Source: an uncultured cyanobacterium (GTDB taxonomy: Bacteria > Cyanobacteriota > Cyanobacteriia > CAKZMO01). From it: a DNA stretch of 64,000 bases. A model generated the notes under the pieces. It did no database searches. It was not told the origin of the DNA and saw nothing but the letters and a program-made list of their open reading frames with translations. The position numbers were made by a program, and so were the translations under genes. Below, piece by piece: positions 12,009 to 21,916 of this stretch. Where the stretch lies: positions 32,001 to 96,000 of the forward strand of contig CAVRCJ010000005.1 of the NCBI GenBank assembly GCA_963719515.1. The letters are read 5' to 3'. Numbering within the stretch: the first letter of the stretch is position 1; the number at the start of each line of letters is the position of its first letter.

Positions 12009-12452
12009 TTACAGGATGTTGGCGAGGTAGGGCTCAAACAGTTCGCCGCTGCCCCGACGAACGGTGATCACCGTTTTGACGCCGCCCCGACGGGTAAAAT
12101 CTCCAATTACCCGCAGACCTTTAGGCTGCAGCGCCTCCCATAGGAAGTCGCTGACCTCGTTGACTACGGTTTCATGGCTGACGCGGCGATCGCGAAACGA
12201 GTTGATATAGAGCTTAAACGCCTTCAGCTCTACCACCCACCCATCGGGCTGGTAGTCCACCACCAAAGTGCCAAAGTCGGGGTAGCCGGAGCGGGGGCAG
12301 AGAGCGGTGAACTCGGGGTGCTCTAGGTGGATAACGTAGGGGTTAGTAGAGGGGTTGGGCCATTTTTCGAGGGCCGAGGCAGCCTGGGCGATCGCCTGAT
12401 CGCCGTACTGCGGCCTGTTGGCATCTACGGAAGGGTTTGAAACTTGGGTCAT
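12009..12452 (-). CDS. queF: NADPH-dependent 7-cyano-7-deazaguanine (preQ0) reductase
   Basis: PEFTALCPRSGYPDFG, VELKAFKLY and RRGG motifs. Confidence 0.95.
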   Translation of the reverse strand: MTQVSNPSVDANRPQYGDQAIAQAASALEKWPNPSTNPYVIHLEHPEFTALCPRSGYPDFGTLVVDYQPDGWVVELKAFKLYINSFRDRRVSHETVVNEVSDFLWEALQPKGLRVIGDFTRRGGVKTVITVRRGSGELFEPYLANIL

Positions 12453-12535
12453 GGGTCAGTTGAGCGGTAGTGCAGCAGCGCTATGGTCTGCAGCGCTATG
12501 TTCAGTATCTCTTCGATTATCGCCCTAAGACTCTT

Positions 12536-13195
12536 TCAGCGCCGAGAAGAGGTCACTATCGGAATGGCCGACAACCCCAGCAATGCTGCCACAACCATCA
12601 TCAGCGGCACAGCGCTGCCACCGGTCAGCGCCTCCTTGCCCGCCAGCCCTAGCCAGGTATACAGCAGCGTACCGGGCACGATGCCGACAAAAGTGCCCAG
12701 CGCGTAAGGCTGTAGGGAAATCTGGGTCAGCCCAAACAAAAAGTTGACGACGCTGAAGGGGGAAATTGGCGCCAGGCGGGTCACCAAAACGCAGGTTACG
12801 CTATTACGGTCAATGGTACAGTTGAGCCGCTGCAGCAGCCCGGATTTTGCGAATCTCGCCTCTATCCAGTCCCGCAGCAGGTAGCGGGCCACGTAGAACG
12901 CGGCGATCGCCCCCAGCGTCGCCCCCACCACTGACCACACCGTCCCCCAGAGCAAGCCAAAAACGCTGCCGCCCACGACCACCAGCAGCGTACCGGGCAA
13001 CCCCAGCATCGTTGCCGCCACGTGGGCCACAATAAACAGCGCTGCGCCCCAATGCGTATGCTGAAAGGTATTGACCAGGGCAGCGTGCTCGAAGCGGTGA
13101 CCCAGTGGGCCAAAGCAGACTACGAGCGCCAGGCTTACGAGCGCCAGCAGCCAAAAAAGTTTGTGCTGTAAAATACGAGTCATCAACGGCATCAA
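12536..13195 (-). CDS. TVP38/TMEM64 (DedA superfamily) membrane protein
   Basis: GATLGAIAAFYVARY, RLAPISPFSVVNF and GTFVGIVPGT. Confidence 0.9.
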   Translation of the reverse strand: MMPLMTRILQHKLFWLLALVSLALVVCFGPLGHRFEHAALVNTFQHTHWGAALFIVAHVAATMLGLPGTLLVVVGGSVFGLLWGTVWSVVGATLGAIAAFYVARYLLRDWIEARFAKSGLLQRLNCTIDRNSVTCVLVTRLAPISPFSVVNFLFGLTQISLQPYALGTFVGIVPGTLLYTWLGLAGKEALTGGSAVPLMMVVAALLGLSAIPIVTSSRR

Positions 13196-13260
13196 AACGG
13201 CATCAGCATTCCCTATAGATATGATGCCGGGTATTGGTCCACTCTAGATGAGAGCAGCTT

Positions 13261-13450
13261 AAATCGTGAGTAAACCCACTTTGACGTACTCCCCGCCCTG
13301 AAGAGCGGGGATTCTGGAATCAAGCAGCGATCGCAGGCTGAGCCTGTCTGACATCGCCTAGCCCACGGGTTGACGCCCCAACCCGTTGAATGTTTATTGC
13401 AGCATTTAGGTCTCGGTCGTGGTGAGCGCCACAGGCAGAGCAATCCCACT
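13261..13450 (-). ncRNA. Putative TnpB omegaRNA (right-end RNA) with flanking guide AGTGGGTTTACTCACGATTT
   Basis: Established TnpB biology places the omegaRNA over the tnpB 3' end and right end, with the guide in the flank. The 5' boundary here is a guess. Confidence 0.6.
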
Positions 13451-14444
13451 CCCGTTGCTTCAGAGCCAACGCCTTGAGTACGTGCCCACAACAGCTACAA
13501 GTTTTAGAGCTGGGATACCACTGGTCGATGAATGCTACGGTCTTGCCTTTTTTCTTTGCCACCCACTGAAGGATTTCGAGAAATTCAGCTAGGGCTAGGT
13601 CCGATATCTTCCGGCCCCATAGCCGCTGCATCCCTTTCAGGTTCAGCGTCTCAAAGTAGAGCGCATCGTAGGTATCGGTTAGCCGGTGGGCAAGCTTCCA
13701 AAACCAATCTCGTCGCCTATTGGCTATGGCCTCATGGCAGCGAGCTAGATTTAGTCTTGCCCTGTGCCAGTTTGCCGACTTTTTTCGCTTGCGCGATAGG
13801 TTGCGGCTAGCTCGGCAAAGGTCTTTGAGCGATGCTTTCAGGAATTCAGGAGACTCGATTTGAGTACCATCTGACAAAGTGAGAAACGTCTTCAGTCCAA
13901 AATCAGCACCAGCGGTTTTACCCGTCTCGATGCCTTGAACTGGTTCAGCTTCCTGGTCCACCACAACGGCTAAAAACAGCTCACCCAAAGGCGATCGCTT
14001 CACCGTGACGGTCTTAACCTTGCCCTCTATCTCCCTTGAATTCCAATACTGGTAGACCCTGCTGCCTATCTTGATACGACCACCATTGAGCAGCTTGTAT
14101 CCCGCCTGTTTTAGGGTGAACGACTTGTATCGCCTTACCTTCTGAAAGCTAGGCGGCCTATAGCCTTTGCCGTGATGCTTAAAGAACAGCTGGTATGCCT
14201 TTTCAATTCGCTGGCAGATGTCCTGCACAGCCTGAGACCCCACCAACTGCCAAAACGGATTGCGCCTCCGTAGCTTGGCAATATGAGACTGAAGTTTAGA
14301 GCAATTGAGGTGTTTGCCCCACATACGGTAGTACCGTTTGTGGAGAGCAATGCAGTGGTTCCAAATCACCCCAGCAGCATTAATAGTGCGCTTTAGGTGC
14401 CGGTTCCGCTTGTGCTCGTATATCTTAAACTTCAATGTTCTCAT
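13320..14444 (-). CDS. tnpB: RNA-guided endonuclease TnpB
   Basis: N-terminal HTH, RuvC-I GADFG, RuvC-II FETLN, zinc finger CSCC...CSAC and RuvC-III DRDLNAAINI. The D-E-D triad is intact. Confidence 0.95.
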   Translation of the reverse strand: MRTLKFKIYEHKRNRHLKRTINAAGVIWNHCIALHKRYYRMWGKHLNCSKLQSHIAKLRRRNPFWQLVGSQAVQDICQRIEKAYQLFFKHHGKGYRPPSFQKVRRYKSFTLKQAGYKLLNGGRIKIGSRVYQYWNSREIEGKVKTVTVKRSPLGELFLAVVVDQEAEPVQGIETGKTAGADFGLKTFLTLSDGTQIESPEFLKASLKDLCRASRNLSRKRKKSANWHRARLNLARCHEAIANRRRDWFWKLAHRLTDTYDALYFETLNLKGMQRLWGRKISDLALAEFLEILQWVAKKKGKTVAFIDQWYPSSKTCSCCGHVLKALALKQREWDCSACGAHHDRDLNAAINIQRVGASTRGLGDVRQAQPAIAA

Positions 14445-14487
14445 ACTGTTTATGTTAGCATAGATGCGTAGGCATTGTGTAGGCAGT

Positions 14488-14628
14488 ATGGCAAAAGGAC
14501 AGCTTAATTTAAGAGTCTCTATTAAAAGATTGCAAAAGCTTAGGGCGATTGCAAAAGAGAGGGACAAGACCATGACTCAACTGGTAGAAGATTGGATAGA
14601 TCGCCTACATTTAGAGAAGCCGTCCTGA
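14488..14628 (+). CDS. 46-aa ribbon-helix-helix (CopG/Arc-like) protein divergent from tnpB inside the IS
   Basis: Hand translation gives MAKGQLNLRVSIKRLQKLRAIAKERDKTMTQLVEDWIDRLHLEKPS*: an alternating beta strand (QLNLRVS) plus two amphipathic helices. It is below the ORF-track length cutoff. Confidence 0.75.
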   Translation: MAKGQLNLRVSIKRLQKLRAIAKERDKTMTQLVEDWIDRLHLEKPS

Positions 14629-14697
14629 AGGACGGGGCTTTAGACCCATGATTTTTGGTAAAAATGCAAGTAAACCCACTGTAGAAAACTGAGGGGG

Positions 14698-15507
14698 TCA
14701 GCTCAGCCGCTTTTGAGCGCTGCGGTAGCGCACGTACTCAGCCACAAAGGCGATCGCCCCAGAACCCAAAATCAGCACAACGCTGAGGGCGTTGATATCG
14801 GGCTTAACGCCCGTGCGGATGCGGCTAAAGATCTCAATAGGCAGCGGGTTGGCGCCGCCCCCCGCCGTGAAGCTAGAAATCAGTAGGTCATCCAGGCTCA
14901 AAATAAACGCCAGCAAACACCCCGACACAATGGCGGGCATCAGCTCCGGCAGCAGCACCTTGATAAAGGCCTGGGCCGGCGTTGCCCCTAGGTCTAGGGC
15001 AGCCTCCTGCAGATTGGGATTGATGCTGCTGAAGCGGGTGGACACCACAACGGCGATGTAGGCCAGGCAAAAGACCGTATGGGCCGCGATGATGGTCCAA
15101 ATGCTGAGGGGAATCGCGAGCGTGGCGAGGAAGATGAGGGTCGACACCGCGATCGTAATGTCGGGCACAATTAGCGGCAGGTAAGATACCCCGCGATACA
15201 GCCCTTTGCCCCAGAACCGGTAGCGTGCTAGCCCGACCGCCATCATCGTGCCGATGACCGCCGAGATCAGCACCGCGACCGTGGCGATGGTCAAGCTATC
15301 CTGTAGAGCCGAGAGCAGCCTGGTATCGCTAAGCATGTTGCGATACCACACCAGGCTAAACCCCTCCCACACCGCGCCGTAGCGAGAGGCATTGACGCTG
15401 TAAATTGCCAGCACCGCAATGGGGCCGTACATAAAGGCAAACATGACCAGGGAAAAAATTCCCTGCCATGAGGGCCAAGATCGGCGCGCGCTCAGAAATT
15501 TTGCCAT
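14698..15507 (-). CDS. potC: Polyamine ABC transporter permease (PotC-like)
   Basis: EAALDLGA EAA loop, AFILSLDD and PDINALS. Confidence 0.8.
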   Translation of the reverse strand: MAKFLSARRSWPSWQGIFSLVMFAFMYGPIAVLAIYSVNASRYGAVWEGFSLVWYRNMLSDTRLLSALQDSLTIATVAVLISAVIGTMMAVGLARYRFWGKGLYRGVSYLPLIVPDITIAVSTLIFLATLAIPLSIWTIIAAHTVFCLAYIAVVVSTRFSSINPNLQEAALDLGATPAQAFIKVLLPELMPAIVSGCLLAFILSLDDLLISSFTAGGGANPLPIEIFSRIRTGVKPDINALSVVLILGSGAIAFVAEYVRYRSAQKRLS

Positions 15508-15565
15508 GGCGATTCGCTCAACTCCGCCTACATCCTACCGTTGCGCGGCAATTGTGGGGATGCCG

Positions 15566-16822
15566 CTAGCTCGCCTGAATGACGCTATCGTCCGGGTCCA
15601 CCAGCCGCAGAAGCTTCTGCTTGATCTGGGCATCAAACACCTCCCACTTGATTTTGGTGTAGCTGCTGTTTTCGTTGAACCCCGACAAAAAGCCCATGGG
15701 AATCTCAAATCCGCCCGCCATGGCCCTACCCCCTCCAAAAAAGCGCCCTTGCGTATCTTGCCCGAAGGCTTCTTTAATAAATTCGTCGGGGTCGAGAGTG
15801 AGTTTATTGGTGCGCAGAGAGCCAATCACCAGCTCTAGCTCGTCGTCTTCGTCGTGAACAATGCCGTACACTAGCGCCGTGTGGATATTCTCCTCGGTCA
15901 CTAGAAAGTCTGCCGCCTGGGGTATGGCGTCGCGGTCGTCATAGCGCAGGTAGCCCACCCCCGCGATGGAAAAGTTGTTTTGCAGCATGCGGTTGCGCAG
16001 CGATCGCTCGATGACATCCATCACCCGCCGCGATCGTGAGGCCTGCAAAATCGCGTTGAGCAGCTGCGGGTCATAGAGGCGGCTGAGGTAGCCCGCCGCC
16101 AAAAACTCCTCTTCTTGGGCCTGGCGCAGCTGGTTGGTATCGGAGCGCAGCCCGTGCATCAGCGCCGTTGCGCATTTGACGTGCTCGCTGTTGCCGCTTT
16201 CTAGCTCTAGCAGTCCGGCCTGCAGGTACTGAGTCAAGATGGTGGCGGTGGCGCGGGTGTGGGAGCGCAGGTCAATAAATTCCGCCTCCAAATCACCCTG
16301 GCTAGCGTGGTGGTCAATGAGCGCCACGATGGGGAGAGCCGCAGCTTCAAGGATGGGCCAAAGCTGGGAGGTGGTGCCCTGATTATCGATAAAGACGCAG
16401 CCCTGATAGGGTGAGAGATCTTTTTGCTTGGCGGTTTGCAGCGGCCAGCGCTTCACCATGAGGCCGGTAAGCTTCACCAGGGCAATATTTTCCTGATGGC
16501 TTAGGGTACCGGCATACACCATCTCACAGCGAATACCGTAGGTCTGGGCAATGAGGGTGTAGGCCCAAGCGGCTGAGAGCGCGTCGGGGTCCGGGAAATC
16601 TTGAAGGACAACGAGGTGGCGTTCGCCCCGGCGACGCTCTAGCACCTGAGCCAGTTCGCTGGCCTTAGAATCTACGATGAGCGCACCATTTTGCCCGTTT
16701 TGTCTAGCGCGGGGGCGCTCTACGACAGGGTTGACCTGTGGCGAGAATCCTTCGGGGGAACTTGTTGGCGCTGAGTCAGTCATAGCTTTTGGGGGGTTCT
16801 TTACAACTAGGGAACGGTCCAA
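15566..16822 (-). CDS. DHH/DHHA1 phosphoesterase (NrnA-like)
   Basis: PDPDALS, IDHH, SDT and GGGR motifs. Confidence 0.9.
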   Translation of the reverse strand: MDRSLVVKNPPKAMTDSAPTSSPEGFSPQVNPVVERPRARQNGQNGALIVDSKASELAQVLERRRGERHLVVLQDFPDPDALSAAWAYTLIAQTYGIRCEMVYAGTLSHQENIALVKLTGLMVKRWPLQTAKQKDLSPYQGCVFIDNQGTTSQLWPILEAAALPIVALIDHHASQGDLEAEFIDLRSHTRATATILTQYLQAGLLELESGNSEHVKCATALMHGLRSDTNQLRQAQEEEFLAAGYLSRLYDPQLLNAILQASRSRRVMDVIERSLRNRMLQNNFSIAGVGYLRYDDRDAIPQAADFLVTEENIHTALVYGIVHDEDDELELVIGSLRTNKLTLDPDEFIKEAFGQDTQGRFFGGGRAMAGGFEIPMGFLSGFNENSSYTKIKWEVFDAQIKQKLLRLVDPDDSVIQAS

Positions 16823-17044
16823 ATCATGCAGGTTGCCCCCTTACGACAAGATTGAAGACCATCAAGACCACCTCTAACTTCTAGCAAGTTTAGGGAAGCA
16901 GCGCATCCTATTGAGGAGCGAGAGTGATGACGTGACAATACGCGATGAGCGCCTAATTGCTTTAAGTCAGGCGGCTTGGGTGCTGTTGTTTGGAGGCGAC
17001 TGCTCAAGCTAGCCTAACGCCATACGACCCAGCGTGACAGTGAG

Positions 17045-17542
17045 CTACAGCCCAATTACGTACTTTTGCCACTCGGCGTGAGACCCACTCTTGACGTGCT
17101 TCGTCAGCTCAAAGTACAGGCTGCTGTGGGGCTTGCGAGGGGTATGGCGCGTCGGCATGTTGGCCTCCCTCGGGGTGCGGTTGCCCTTCTTGACGTTGCA
17201 GCGCACGCAGGCCGTAACAATATTTTCCCAAGAATCCACGCCGCCCCGCGATCGCGGCACCACATGGTCTAGGGTGAGCTCATCGCCCGCGTAGCCGCAG
17301 TATTGACAAGCGTGGGCGTCGCGGTGCAATATGTTTCTCCGGGTCAGCGGGATCTCTTTGTAGGGAACGCGGACATAGTGCCTAAGTCGAATTACCGTGG
17401 GAAGCGGAAAATTCGGATAGATCTGCCTATCGAGATGTTCGACTCGCTCCGCTTTTTCCTTAATGAGAAGCACAATTGCCCTTCGCCAGCTTGTAATATT
17501 GAGCGGCTCATAAGAGGCATTGAGCACTAAAACTTTGCTCAT
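17045..17542 (-). CDS. HNH endonuclease (conserved McrA-like HNH_5 type)
   Basis: VLVLNASYEPL, RDAHACQYCG, TLDHVVPRSRGG and ACVRCNVKKGNRTP. Confidence 0.92.
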   Translation of the reverse strand: MSKVLVLNASYEPLNITSWRRAIVLLIKEKAERVEHLDRQIYPNFPLPTVIRLRHYVRVPYKEIPLTRRNILHRDAHACQYCGYAGDELTLDHVVPRSRGGVDSWENIVTACVRCNVKKGNRTPREANMPTRHTPRKPHSSLYFELTKHVKSGSHAEWQKYVIGL

Positions 17543-17693
17543 TTACGTGACGCCTGTCAAGTGAGGGGGCTACTTTTTTTTACAGGCTATTCTAGCATAG
17601 CTGGATTTACCTGGGGGTACGGGCAATGCCCGCTGCCCAGAATTGGGCAGCGGAGAGCATCATTGTGTCCGGGACTAGGTCTATCTCCCTTAG

Positions 17694-18953
17694 CTAGGCA
17701 CGCGGAGCCGCAGCTCCAGAGGAAGAGAGCACCTCTTGATAGAGTCTATCGAGCTGTCGGGCAACGCCTCTCCAGCTAAAGTGCTCCTCAACGCGCCTGC
17801 GAGCAGCTTCTCCTAAACGATCTCGCCAGGTCTCGTCTTCGAGAATGCGGTCGATGGCGCTGGAGAAGGCTGCTGCGTCTTTAGGAGGAGCCAGCAGGCC
17901 CGTCTCTTCGGACTTGACGGTGTACTGCAGGCCCCCCACCTCGCTGGCGACGACGGGCGTACCGGAGGCCATGGCTTCAATAGCGACAAGTCCAAAAGGT
18001 TCGTAGTGGCTCGGCACCACGCACGCATTGGCGGCGGCGTAGTACAGCGGCAGGTCATCGTCGGAGATGCGTCCAGGAAAAGTCGTACACCCCTCTAGGC
18101 TGAGCTCTGCCACAATCCCCTCAATGCGATCGCGCTCGATGCCATCGCTACGGCCCGGACGACTGCCGCCGCCAATCACCAGCTGCAGCTGGGGGTCCTC
18201 CCGAAAAGCCGACTGCCCTATGGCGCGCACTAGGGTCTCGATACCCTTACGGCGATCAAAGCGCCCGATGTAGAAGACCAGCTTCGTTTCTGGCGAGATG
18301 CCCAGCTGCCGACGGGCTTCCTGCCGTGACGCCTGCCCAAAGCGCTCAACGTCGGTGCCGCAGGGAATCACGACCACATCGCCCTCGGAAGACAGCAGCG
18401 ATCGCATATCGGCTTCTTCCTGAGGGCTAGTGGCTACGGTGCGCTCTGCCGTCTCTAAAACGCGCTTCTCGGTCTCCAGGCGAGTGTCACCAATGGGGGG
18501 AATATCTTCCACAGCGCGATACTTCACGGCCCCCAAAGAATGGTAGGTGTGGACCTGGGCAAGCGCCTTCTGACGCTGCTTCCAGGTCATTCCCACCCAG
18601 GCCGAGAGCCAGTAGTTGGTGTGAACGATGGGATAGCGGACGCCCTCTTTACCTTGAAACGCCAGCATCGCGTCGACAAACTCCGGCAGGTAGTCAAAAA
18701 TCTCATCCCGGGGGACAAAATCCTCTGGCCCCGCCGTCAAGCGAATCGTGCGACAGGTCTTGCTGTGCTCGACAATAGCGGGCTGCGAACCGGTTTGGCG
18801 GGTAAACATATCGACCTGCCAGCCTAGGTTGCCGAGGGCCTCACCCACTTGGCGAACGTAGACGTTCTGACCACCGGCTTCCTCTTTACCGATGTCAATG
18901 GCGGGGTCACCATGGACCGAGATCAGGGCAATACGCTGAGTTGGGGTCGCCAT
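17694..18953 (-). CDS. sps: GT4 glycosyltransferase, likely sucrose-phosphate synthase (GT domain only)
   Basis: ISVHGDPAIDIGKEEAGGQNVYV, HTNYWLS, GRFDRRKG and YEPFGLVAIEAMA. Confidence 0.8.
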   Translation of the reverse strand: MATPTQRIALISVHGDPAIDIGKEEAGGQNVYVRQVGEALGNLGWQVDMFTRQTGSQPAIVEHSKTCRTIRLTAGPEDFVPRDEIFDYLPEFVDAMLAFQGKEGVRYPIVHTNYWLSAWVGMTWKQRQKALAQVHTYHSLGAVKYRAVEDIPPIGDTRLETEKRVLETAERTVATSPQEEADMRSLLSSEGDVVVIPCGTDVERFGQASRQEARRQLGISPETKLVFYIGRFDRRKGIETLVRAIGQSAFREDPQLQLVIGGGSRPGRSDGIERDRIEGIVAELSLEGCTTFPGRISDDDLPLYYAAANACVVPSHYEPFGLVAIEAMASGTPVVASEVGGLQYTVKSEETGLLAPPKDAAAFSSAIDRILEDETWRDRLGEAARRRVEEHFSWRGVARQLDRLYQEVLSSSGAAAPRA

Positions 18954-19241
18954 AGTAGAAATTGGAGTAGAGGTTTAGACCAAAAGTGATCGAGGTGAAA
19001 AAGAAATCTTGCACAAAAGAGTATCAAATTTTGACATCCATACCCAGAACTGGGACAACACCCGCGATGTGATTTTCAGCACTCAACGTCAGGTCTCAGT
19101 GCGATACGCGTAGGGACTTCGAGGGTTGTCTCAGAAAACGTCATGGCGGAAGTTCAGCGCTCCGTGAGAAAATTTTCTAGAACTTTTGAGGACCGCTAGC
19201 GCTTTGGCAAAATTTGCTGCTATGATCGATGCCTAGCACCT

Positions 19242-19333
19242 GGAGAGGTGGCTGAGTGGACGAAAGCGGCAGATTGCTAATCTGTTGATAGGTACGTAAG
19301 TCCTATCCGAGGGTTCGAATCCCTCCCTCTCCG
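19242..19333 (+). tRNA. trnS: tRNA-Ser(GCT)
   Basis: GGAGAGG/CCTCTCC acceptor stem, GCAGA-TTGCTAA-TCTGT anticodon arm, long variable arm and GGTTCGAATCC T-loop. CCA is not encoded. Confidence 0.97.
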
Positions 19334-19531
19334 TACCTTTGAACACTTTCAGTGACGCTTCTAGACTACAGCAGTCTTTGGGCGAAAAAGGACTGCCCCA
19401 GGGAGGGTGTCTCTTTCGCCACAGAGGTCGATGGTATCAAGGTCGATGGCCCTGACCCCAGTTTCAGCGACGTTAGAGTCGGTGAGGCTAGGGTCGTTCA
19501 GCCCAGCATCGCTGAGGCAGGCCCAAAAAGC

Positions 19532-20356
19532 CTACAGAATTTTTTCCAAGCCGTAGACCAGCGACTTAAGCGCGCAGACCTTGCGGATAGCCAGCAGCAC
19601 CCCCGGCATGTAGCAGGCGCGATCGCTGGTGTCGTGGCGCAGGGTATAGAGCTGCCCCGGCGCGCCGAAGAGGATTTCCTGGTGGGCCAGCAGCCCCGGC
19701 AGGCGGACGCTGTGGATGCGGATATTCTCATCGGCCAGGCCGCCGCGAGCGCCCGTCAGCTTCTCTGTCTCATCGACCTGCGAGGGGTTATAAGACTTTC
19801 CTGTCTCCGCCAGCATCTGCGCCGTCTTAATCGCCGTGCCGCTGGGGGCATCCGCCTTTTGGTTGTGGTGTAGCTCAATGATTTCCACATGGTCAAAATA
19901 CTGCGAGGCCCGCTGCGCCGCCTCCTGCATCAGCACCACGCCAATAGAAAAGTTAGGAACGATCAGGCAGCCGGTGCTGGCCTTATCGGCAAACTGAGAT
20001 AGCTCATTGATTTGCTCCGCCGATAGTCCCGTGGTGCCCACAACGGGGCGCACCCCGTAAGCGATCGCCGCCCGCACGTTCTCGTACACCGCATCGGGAT
20101 GGGTAAAGTCGACCACTACCCCCTGAATTTTTTCTTGGGTGGCCGAGGCCAGGGTCGCCTCCATGTCAGCCAAAAGCGGAATCTCCAGAGGGCCACAGCC
20201 CGCCACTTCCCCCACATCCTGCCCCTGCAGCTCGCGGCGGCGGCTGATGGCCCCAACGAGCTGCATATCCTCCGCCTGCGCCACCGCCTTGACGGCCTCG
20301 CGGCCCATTTTTCCGGTGGCTCCATTGATGACGACGGGAATTTTGTCTTGGCTCAC
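19532..20356 (-). CDS. dapB: 4-hydroxy-tetrahydrodipicolinate reductase
   Basis: GATGKMG, VDFTHP, VGTTG and [15 protein letters not shown]. Confidence 0.97.
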   Translation of the reverse strand: MSQDKIPVVINGATGKMGREAVKAVAQAEDMQLVGAISRRRELQGQDVGEVAGCGPLEIPLLADMEATLASATQEKIQGVVVDFTHPDAVYENVRAAIAYGVRPVVGTTGLSAEQINELSQFADKASTGCLIVPNFSIGVVLMQEAAQRASQYFDHVEIIELHHNQKADAPSGTAIKTAQMLAETGKSYNPSQVDETEKLTGARGGLADENIRIHSVRLPGLLAHQEILFGAPGQLYTLRHDTSDRACYMPGVLLAIRKVCALKSLVYGLEKIL

Positions 20357-20446
20357 GCTGCCTGGTCCATTGCTACAAAGGTCACCATAAGGCAGTCTAC
20401 CAAGCTTGGCCCGGTCTGGTGCGTTCTGCAGTATCGCTTTGTAGCC

Positions 20447-21136
20447 CTAGCGCTCCCGAGAAATCACCAGCAGCTGCAGCAGCTGTAGCGCCGCGTAGAC
20501 CGCCGTAGCAACGTAGGTCCAGGCAGCGGCCTGTAGAACCTGAGCAGCGGCGTCGCGCTCCTGGGCGCTCAGCCGCAGCTGATCCATCAACCGCAGCGCC
20601 CGGCGGGAAGCGTCGAACTCTACGGGGAGCGTAGCGAGGTGGAACCCCAGTGCAGCCGCGAATAAAACTAACCCCACTTGAATCAGTCCGTTCGCAAAAC
20701 TACCCGTAGCGCTGAACAGGATACCCACCAAAATCAGCATGGGGCCGAGCTGAGAGCCGATATTAACTGCCGGTAGAAGCGCAGACCGCAGGGACATAAA
20801 TCGGTAGCGCTGTCGGTCCTGCAGGGCGTGGCCGCATTCATGAGCCGCGATCGCCGTGGCGGCAAGGGAGGTGGAGCTATAGGTGGAGCGGGAGAGCCGC
20901 ACTGCTTTAGCGACGGGGTCATAGTGATCACTGAGTTCCCCCATCACCATCTCGACCTTGATTTTTCCTAACCCCAGATTGAGTAGAAGCATGTGAGCGA
21001 CCTCTGCCCCTGTCATATCTAGGGATGAGGCAACGTTTGCGTAGGTGCGATAGGTGCGCTTGATCTGACGCTGGGACCACAGCATCAGCGCAAGACCCGG
21101 AATCAAAATGGCGTAGGACCAGTGAAGGATTGGCAT
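20447..21136 (-). CDS. Membrane zinc metallopeptidase (YugP / Zn_peptidase_2 family)
   Basis: SDHYDP, AAHECGHALQ, LPVEFDASRRA and AAAWTYVA. Confidence 0.9.
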   Translation of the reverse strand: MPILHWSYAILIPGLALMLWSQRQIKRTYRTYANVASSLDMTGAEVAHMLLLNLGLGKIKVEMVMGELSDHYDPVAKAVRLSRSTYSSTSLAATAIAAHECGHALQDRQRYRFMSLRSALLPAVNIGSQLGPMLILVGILFSATGSFANGLIQVGLVLFAAALGFHLATLPVEFDASRRALRLMDQLRLSAQERDAAAQVLQAAAWTYVATAVYAALQLLQLLVISRER

Positions 21137-21549
21137 AGCGTTGATGCAATTGATAAGCTCTATTGGGGGTATTGAGAGGGAGCCAGAGGGCTTCTGAGTC
21201 CGACTGCGGGATCAGGCTACCAGCGGGACGGTAGCCAGAATCCAGCTGCATGGTCATGCTTATGTCTTCACGAGCCGTCACCGACACCCGCTGGAACCCG
21301 AGCAAAATTGTTAATTGTTGCAACAAGAGTTATCGCGGCACCCAAAACCTAAGGAAAAATTAAAGCTTAGCTTCGGACAGTGCTTCGGACAGTCGGTCCT
21401 CCCCTCGCTATCCGCTAGGATAGGTGTCGAGGTCAGCGTCAGCAAGTTGACGACACCCCTCCGATAGGCAACGGGTGCTGCGGTCGGCAGGTCATTGGCT
21501 AGTCCCAGGCAGTGTCTGTGTCTGATCTATCAACAAGGAGATTTGGTCT

Positions 21550-21804
21550 ATGATGAATCTTATTTTTCTCGCCGACGTTCCGCCCCCCACCCCGTCGTGG
21601 AACTTGAGCATCGCGGCGGTGATGATTATCTGCAACGTGCTTGCCTTCGCGCTAGGTCGACTAACGATCGCCAAACCCGACGTTGGGCCGCTGTCTCCAG
21701 TTTTCCTGGGAATGGGTCTTCCGGCTTTGCTAGCCGTAACTAGCTTCGGCCATATCATAGGTACCGGCGTTATTTTAGGTCTGACAAACATCGGCGTTTT
21801 GTAG
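21550..21804 (+). CDS. psaK: Photosystem I subunit PsaK
   Basis: Two TM helices and the TSFGHIIGTGVILGLTNIGVL C-terminus. Confidence 0.92.
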   Translation: MMNLIFLADVPPPTPSWNLSIAAVMIICNVLAFALGRLTIAKPDVGPLSPVFLGMGLPALLAVTSFGHIIGTGVILGLTNIGVL

Positions 21805-21916
21805 ACGTCGAAAGGTTGTAGGCGTCAAAACCGCTCTACATTAGTGGGTCTTCAGTAGATTTTTGTTAGGGACAGGGCGGGGCTCTGTCCCTAACCGCGT
21901 TTAGGGTTTTGGTGCG

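Larger units (their letters stand above)
13281..14647 (-). mobile_element. IS200/IS605-family element lacking tnpA (IS1341-like): tnpB plus small RHH gene
   Basis: On the minus strand the right end reads GAATCCCCGCTCTTCAGGGCGGGGAGTACGTCAA (hairpin, TCAA end). The left-end hairpin AAAGCCCCGTCCTTCAGGACGGCTT follows a TTAC cleavage/TAM-like tetramer at 14648-14651. Confidence 0.9.

Noticed and set aside
12453..12535. preQ1 riboswitch upstream of queF
   Set aside because: No recognisable preQ1 stem or A-rich tail in the short intergenic region.
14445..14573. N-terminal extension of TnpB in the ORF track
   Set aside because: It is antisense to the RHH ORF, and TnpB similarity begins at MRTLKFK (14444).
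13269..14680. 12-bp target-site duplication of the tnpB element
   Set aside because: IS200/IS605 elements do not create TSDs, and the second copy is offset from the left end. It is better explained as a pre-existing tandem repeat.
17045..17542. HNH nuclease as a defence or homing element
   Set aside because: It matches the widespread stand-alone cyanobacterial HNH family and lies among housekeeping genes.
19334..19530. Integrative element at tRNA-Ser
   Set aside because: There is no integrase, I noticed no duplicated tRNA 3' end, and housekeeping dapB follows directly.
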